Assembly (NCBI GenBank): GCA_047495785.1 | Contig: JBLDXI010000024.1 | Span: 1,798,001 to 1,862,000 of the forward strand | DNA from: Lepidodermella squamata | Taxonomy: Eukaryota; Animalia; Gastrotricha | DNA length: 64,000 bases | Reading direction: 5' to 3' | Part shown: positions 60,914 to 64,000 of the stretch, in pieces | How positions within the stretch are numbered: the stretch's first letter is position 1 | How the letters are laid out: every line of letters begins with the position of its first letter | The notes under the pieces: model-generated | The model's input: only the letters and a program-made list of their open reading frames with translations | Databases searched by the model: none | Told to the model about the DNA's origin: nothing | Position numbers and translations under genes: made by a program

Positions 60914-61491
60914 GACAGATAATAAGTCGATTCATAAGTTTTATTTCCTGTGCCTAATGAAGTTGAATAAATCATTAACCTGAAATTACATGGTACCCGA
61001 CACGAAAAGACCGTATGCTAACTGCGGCATCTGAGATTGCAAACCTGGCTACGCGTTTACTGATCCCTGGAACGGCATTGCCAAGGTGCAGACTTCTTTG
61101 TTCTGCTTTGCGCTATTTGTTTTTATTCAAGGCGACTCGTTATTTGACCACCCCGCGATGCGGAGATGCCGTCACAGATGGAGGCGGGTCTACACGGAAT
61201 GCGTGTATTTTTACGATTTGTTGTCTTGGGTCTTGGGATTGTGAATTTCGGCATCATTGTTCGAAATTTTATTGCTTCGTTTGCGAACGGTCTCATTTAA
61301 TTGAAATTTGATCAACAACGACAAAGGAAAAGCATATTGATCTATATTGTTAGAGTATAAGGTATTATAATATGTTAATGAATTATTTATTAAAAATATA
61401 ATAAAATATAGCATGATTAACACTTGAGTAGAAATACCTATTGCAATAATAAATAATCGTCATTGAGAAAAATAAGTTTGCAAGTCATCGT

Positions 61492-62974
61492 TCAGAAGTA
61501 TACAACTGGTGCGTCGCTGAGAATGGGATAGTAAATGATATTTGCAGCCAGTTCTTTCGAGCGTTCCAGTCGCTCCTCGCTTCCGAACTTGGGGAAATTA
61601 TCTCGCACGTATCGGCGAAAACTTTGTTTCATCTGTTCGATTGAATCGCAGACAAAGTAGACCGCCTGGTATTCGGCGTCTTGATACTTTTGAACTGCGA
61701 CTTTAGAAGGCTCGAATTCTCGAATCTCAGGCTTGCCAGATAACGCATGCTGCAACTCGCCAAAGGCAGACAGCAGCCCGGCGCCAAAGGCCTTGACATT
61801 GCCATCGTCGGCTTCATCTCGGCATAGACCAAATTCCACCGTAAACCAGTAGAGCTGATGAATGAATCAATGAAACAATTTAGAGCATAATTAATCTTAA
61901 TAATTAAATTATTACCGTTGACAGCTTCTCGATTTCGTCATCTGATGCACCGAGGGAAGCTATTCCGATTTCTTGCGAGAAATCAGCAAAATCAGCATCG
62001 GCAAGCATTGGAACATGGCCCAGGAGTTCGTGGATGCAATCTCTGGGAACAAAATTATTTGTTCAGGTCAATCGGAATTAACGAGACACTCACGGTTCCG
62101 GGCTGTGATGTGGCGAAGATGGATGCCGAATATACTGGGTACACATGAATACGCGGTAGGCCAAGCTATAAAGAAAATGCCGTGATGACAGCAACCCAGA
62201 GACAGGTCGTAGTTGAAACCCAGTCTGCCTTTTCAGAAAACTCGAGACGTCTTCGAGCTGCGGAATGAACGCAGGCGCGTAGATTCCTTCGTCCTCCATT
62301 AGGTTGAAGACACGGATGAATCCGGAGTAAGCATGCGTCTTGTGTAGCTCTTTCAGCTTAGAATATACCGCACGCCAGGTTGACACCTCATCGCTGGTGA
62401 ATTCAACTCGTGGAATCGGAGATCCCCTGAAAATGAAGAGTGTGTATAATTCTGTAGGTTAAGAGGAAAATTAAGGTTACGTTTTATGGTTGTAAGCGAC
62501 GTTGGCGATCGCATTTCTGCGGGCACGGTAATTGCTGTCATGGAATCCCTGAAATTTGAAAAATTCACCATTAATTTGAATTTCTATCAAGCCGTGACTT
62601 ACTGGATGACCAGAATCTTCCGTCGGGTCGAATTTCGTTATGCATTCGAGACATTTATCCAGCTCAGTAATGTCTTTCGGATACCAATACTCGCTTGCAG
62701 TTGAATTGTTCGACGATATTATTAGCTCAATATGTGAATCGATCTTGCAGTTCCTCAAAGCATCCAGTAATTCTCGGCCATCGCACGATTCTGTGCTATA
62801 GAGTTTAGTTTCCACCAGAAAATCGCGCTTGCTTTGGTTGAATTTGTTGTTTCGAATTTCGAGTCGCTCTACTTCGGCACCATTTATCTCCTTGATGGCG
62901 CTGTATATACAGCTGAGGGCTTTTGCTGGTTGTTCAACGCCTTCGATAAGAAAAACGCATCTGTTTTCGCACAT
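61492..62974 (-). CDS. TH: Tyrosine hydroxylase-like aromatic amino acid hydroxylase, 5 exons
   Basis: [45 protein letters not shown]|[28 protein letters not shown]-type YQD; N-terminal ACT-like region. Confidence 0.85.
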
Positions 62975-64000
62975 TGAGCTGAGGATTGAGCTTCTTTACC
63001 AAATTACAAAGATATATTCGGGGAAATTTCCGTTGAGACTGAGAAATTGACAAAGATCGCGCTGCTTATATTTGCGTGAAGTGCATACGTGACGAAGTTC
63101 TTCGTGCACCTAATTAGCGGCTCTGGGTATTGTCATCATGTCATGATACAATGGCGCGTCTGTTAAAAAAAACTCGGAATCGGCGGCGAAAGTGTATGTC
63201 TGGATAATTAGTAGGAAAAGTAGAAAAAAATTAACGCGAGCGCCGACAGCTTATTACAGATCCCTTATCTTTTGATGATAATTATAGTCAATGCAAAAAA
63301 TGAATTCGCTTCCAATTATAAGCAACTAGTCTAGAAAAGTTCAAAGATGGCGCAGACGCCTCCCTCACTTTAACCAACAATAAAGCATGTAGTGGAGTGA
63401 GTGCCGTAACGACTTGCCTGGAATAGAAACATGCGCTTCATGCTTTTTGTGAGCTGAAAAAACTGGCGTTCAGTTCTGTCTTTTGATCATCAAGGCAGCA
63501 GACAGCACGTAGCGGTGATATTAGAAAATACTAGAAGTTGTCGTTTCCATTGTCTGTGCTTCGAATGCGCATTTTTGTATATCATCATCAACTTCAGGCG
63601 TGGTACAGTGGAACCATCCGAAATGACTTCTAATTATAATTTTATTGAAGGCTTATTTTATTTGAACCTATGCAAAGGAGTCCATCAATATGAATAAGGA
63701 AATTCTCTAATTAAAGTTGTTGTTGCGGGAAATAAACCAGTGTTAGGCTGTGAGAAACTTTGAGGCCGATTCTTTGATCAAACTCCAAGCGTATTCTATG
63801 TCCTGTTCGGTGGTTTTCGCCGCACAAATCGCTGAGTAGTTCGGCAGATTTGCAACATCAGCCGGCGTAGGGCGAGGCGAACGGCGAACGGAATAACCTA
63901 TTTCATTAACGTAACTGCGCCCCCCCCTCCTCCATGGGAACTTGAGATTCCAATGATTTCCTCACACCTTGATCGCTATATAATCATGCATCGTGCCCCT

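Noticed and set aside
60990-61210. Sushi-like fragments (CKPGYAF, CRHRWRRVYTECV)
   Set aside because: Too short and broken to call; at most a decayed exon

Overview
Compact, gene-dense animal (invertebrate) genomic DNA with mostly ~50-60 nt introns; no prokaryotic features. 1-10.2 kb: tightly packed conserved genes in two divergent co-directional runs (minus: PMPCB, NDUFAF3, synaptophysin, MAGE/NSE3, probable GANP; plus: FARS2, Morgue-type ZnF/F-box/E2-variant), then tRNA-Gly. 11.3-46.3 kb: a fast-evolving island with about 11 tandem plus-strand copies of an uncharacterised ~430 aa family (Cys-rich N-terminus, one ankyrin-like motif, C-terminal SOCS box), three copies of a five-homeodomain gene and many transposon relics (Ginger-type, hAT, piggyBac-type MITE, ISL2EU, Gypsy, GIY-YIG cargo). 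48.7-60.9 kb: a polycystin-1-like gene with an unusual EGF/discoidin/4x fibrinogen/sushi ectodomain, a degenerate GPS and a 990 bp palindromic transposon inside a coding exon. 61.5-63 kb: a divergent tyrosine hydroxylase. Main candidates for undescribed biology: the SOCS-box receptor array, the penta-homeodomain family and the FReD-polycystin. All assignments come from manual motif recognition; no database searches were run.
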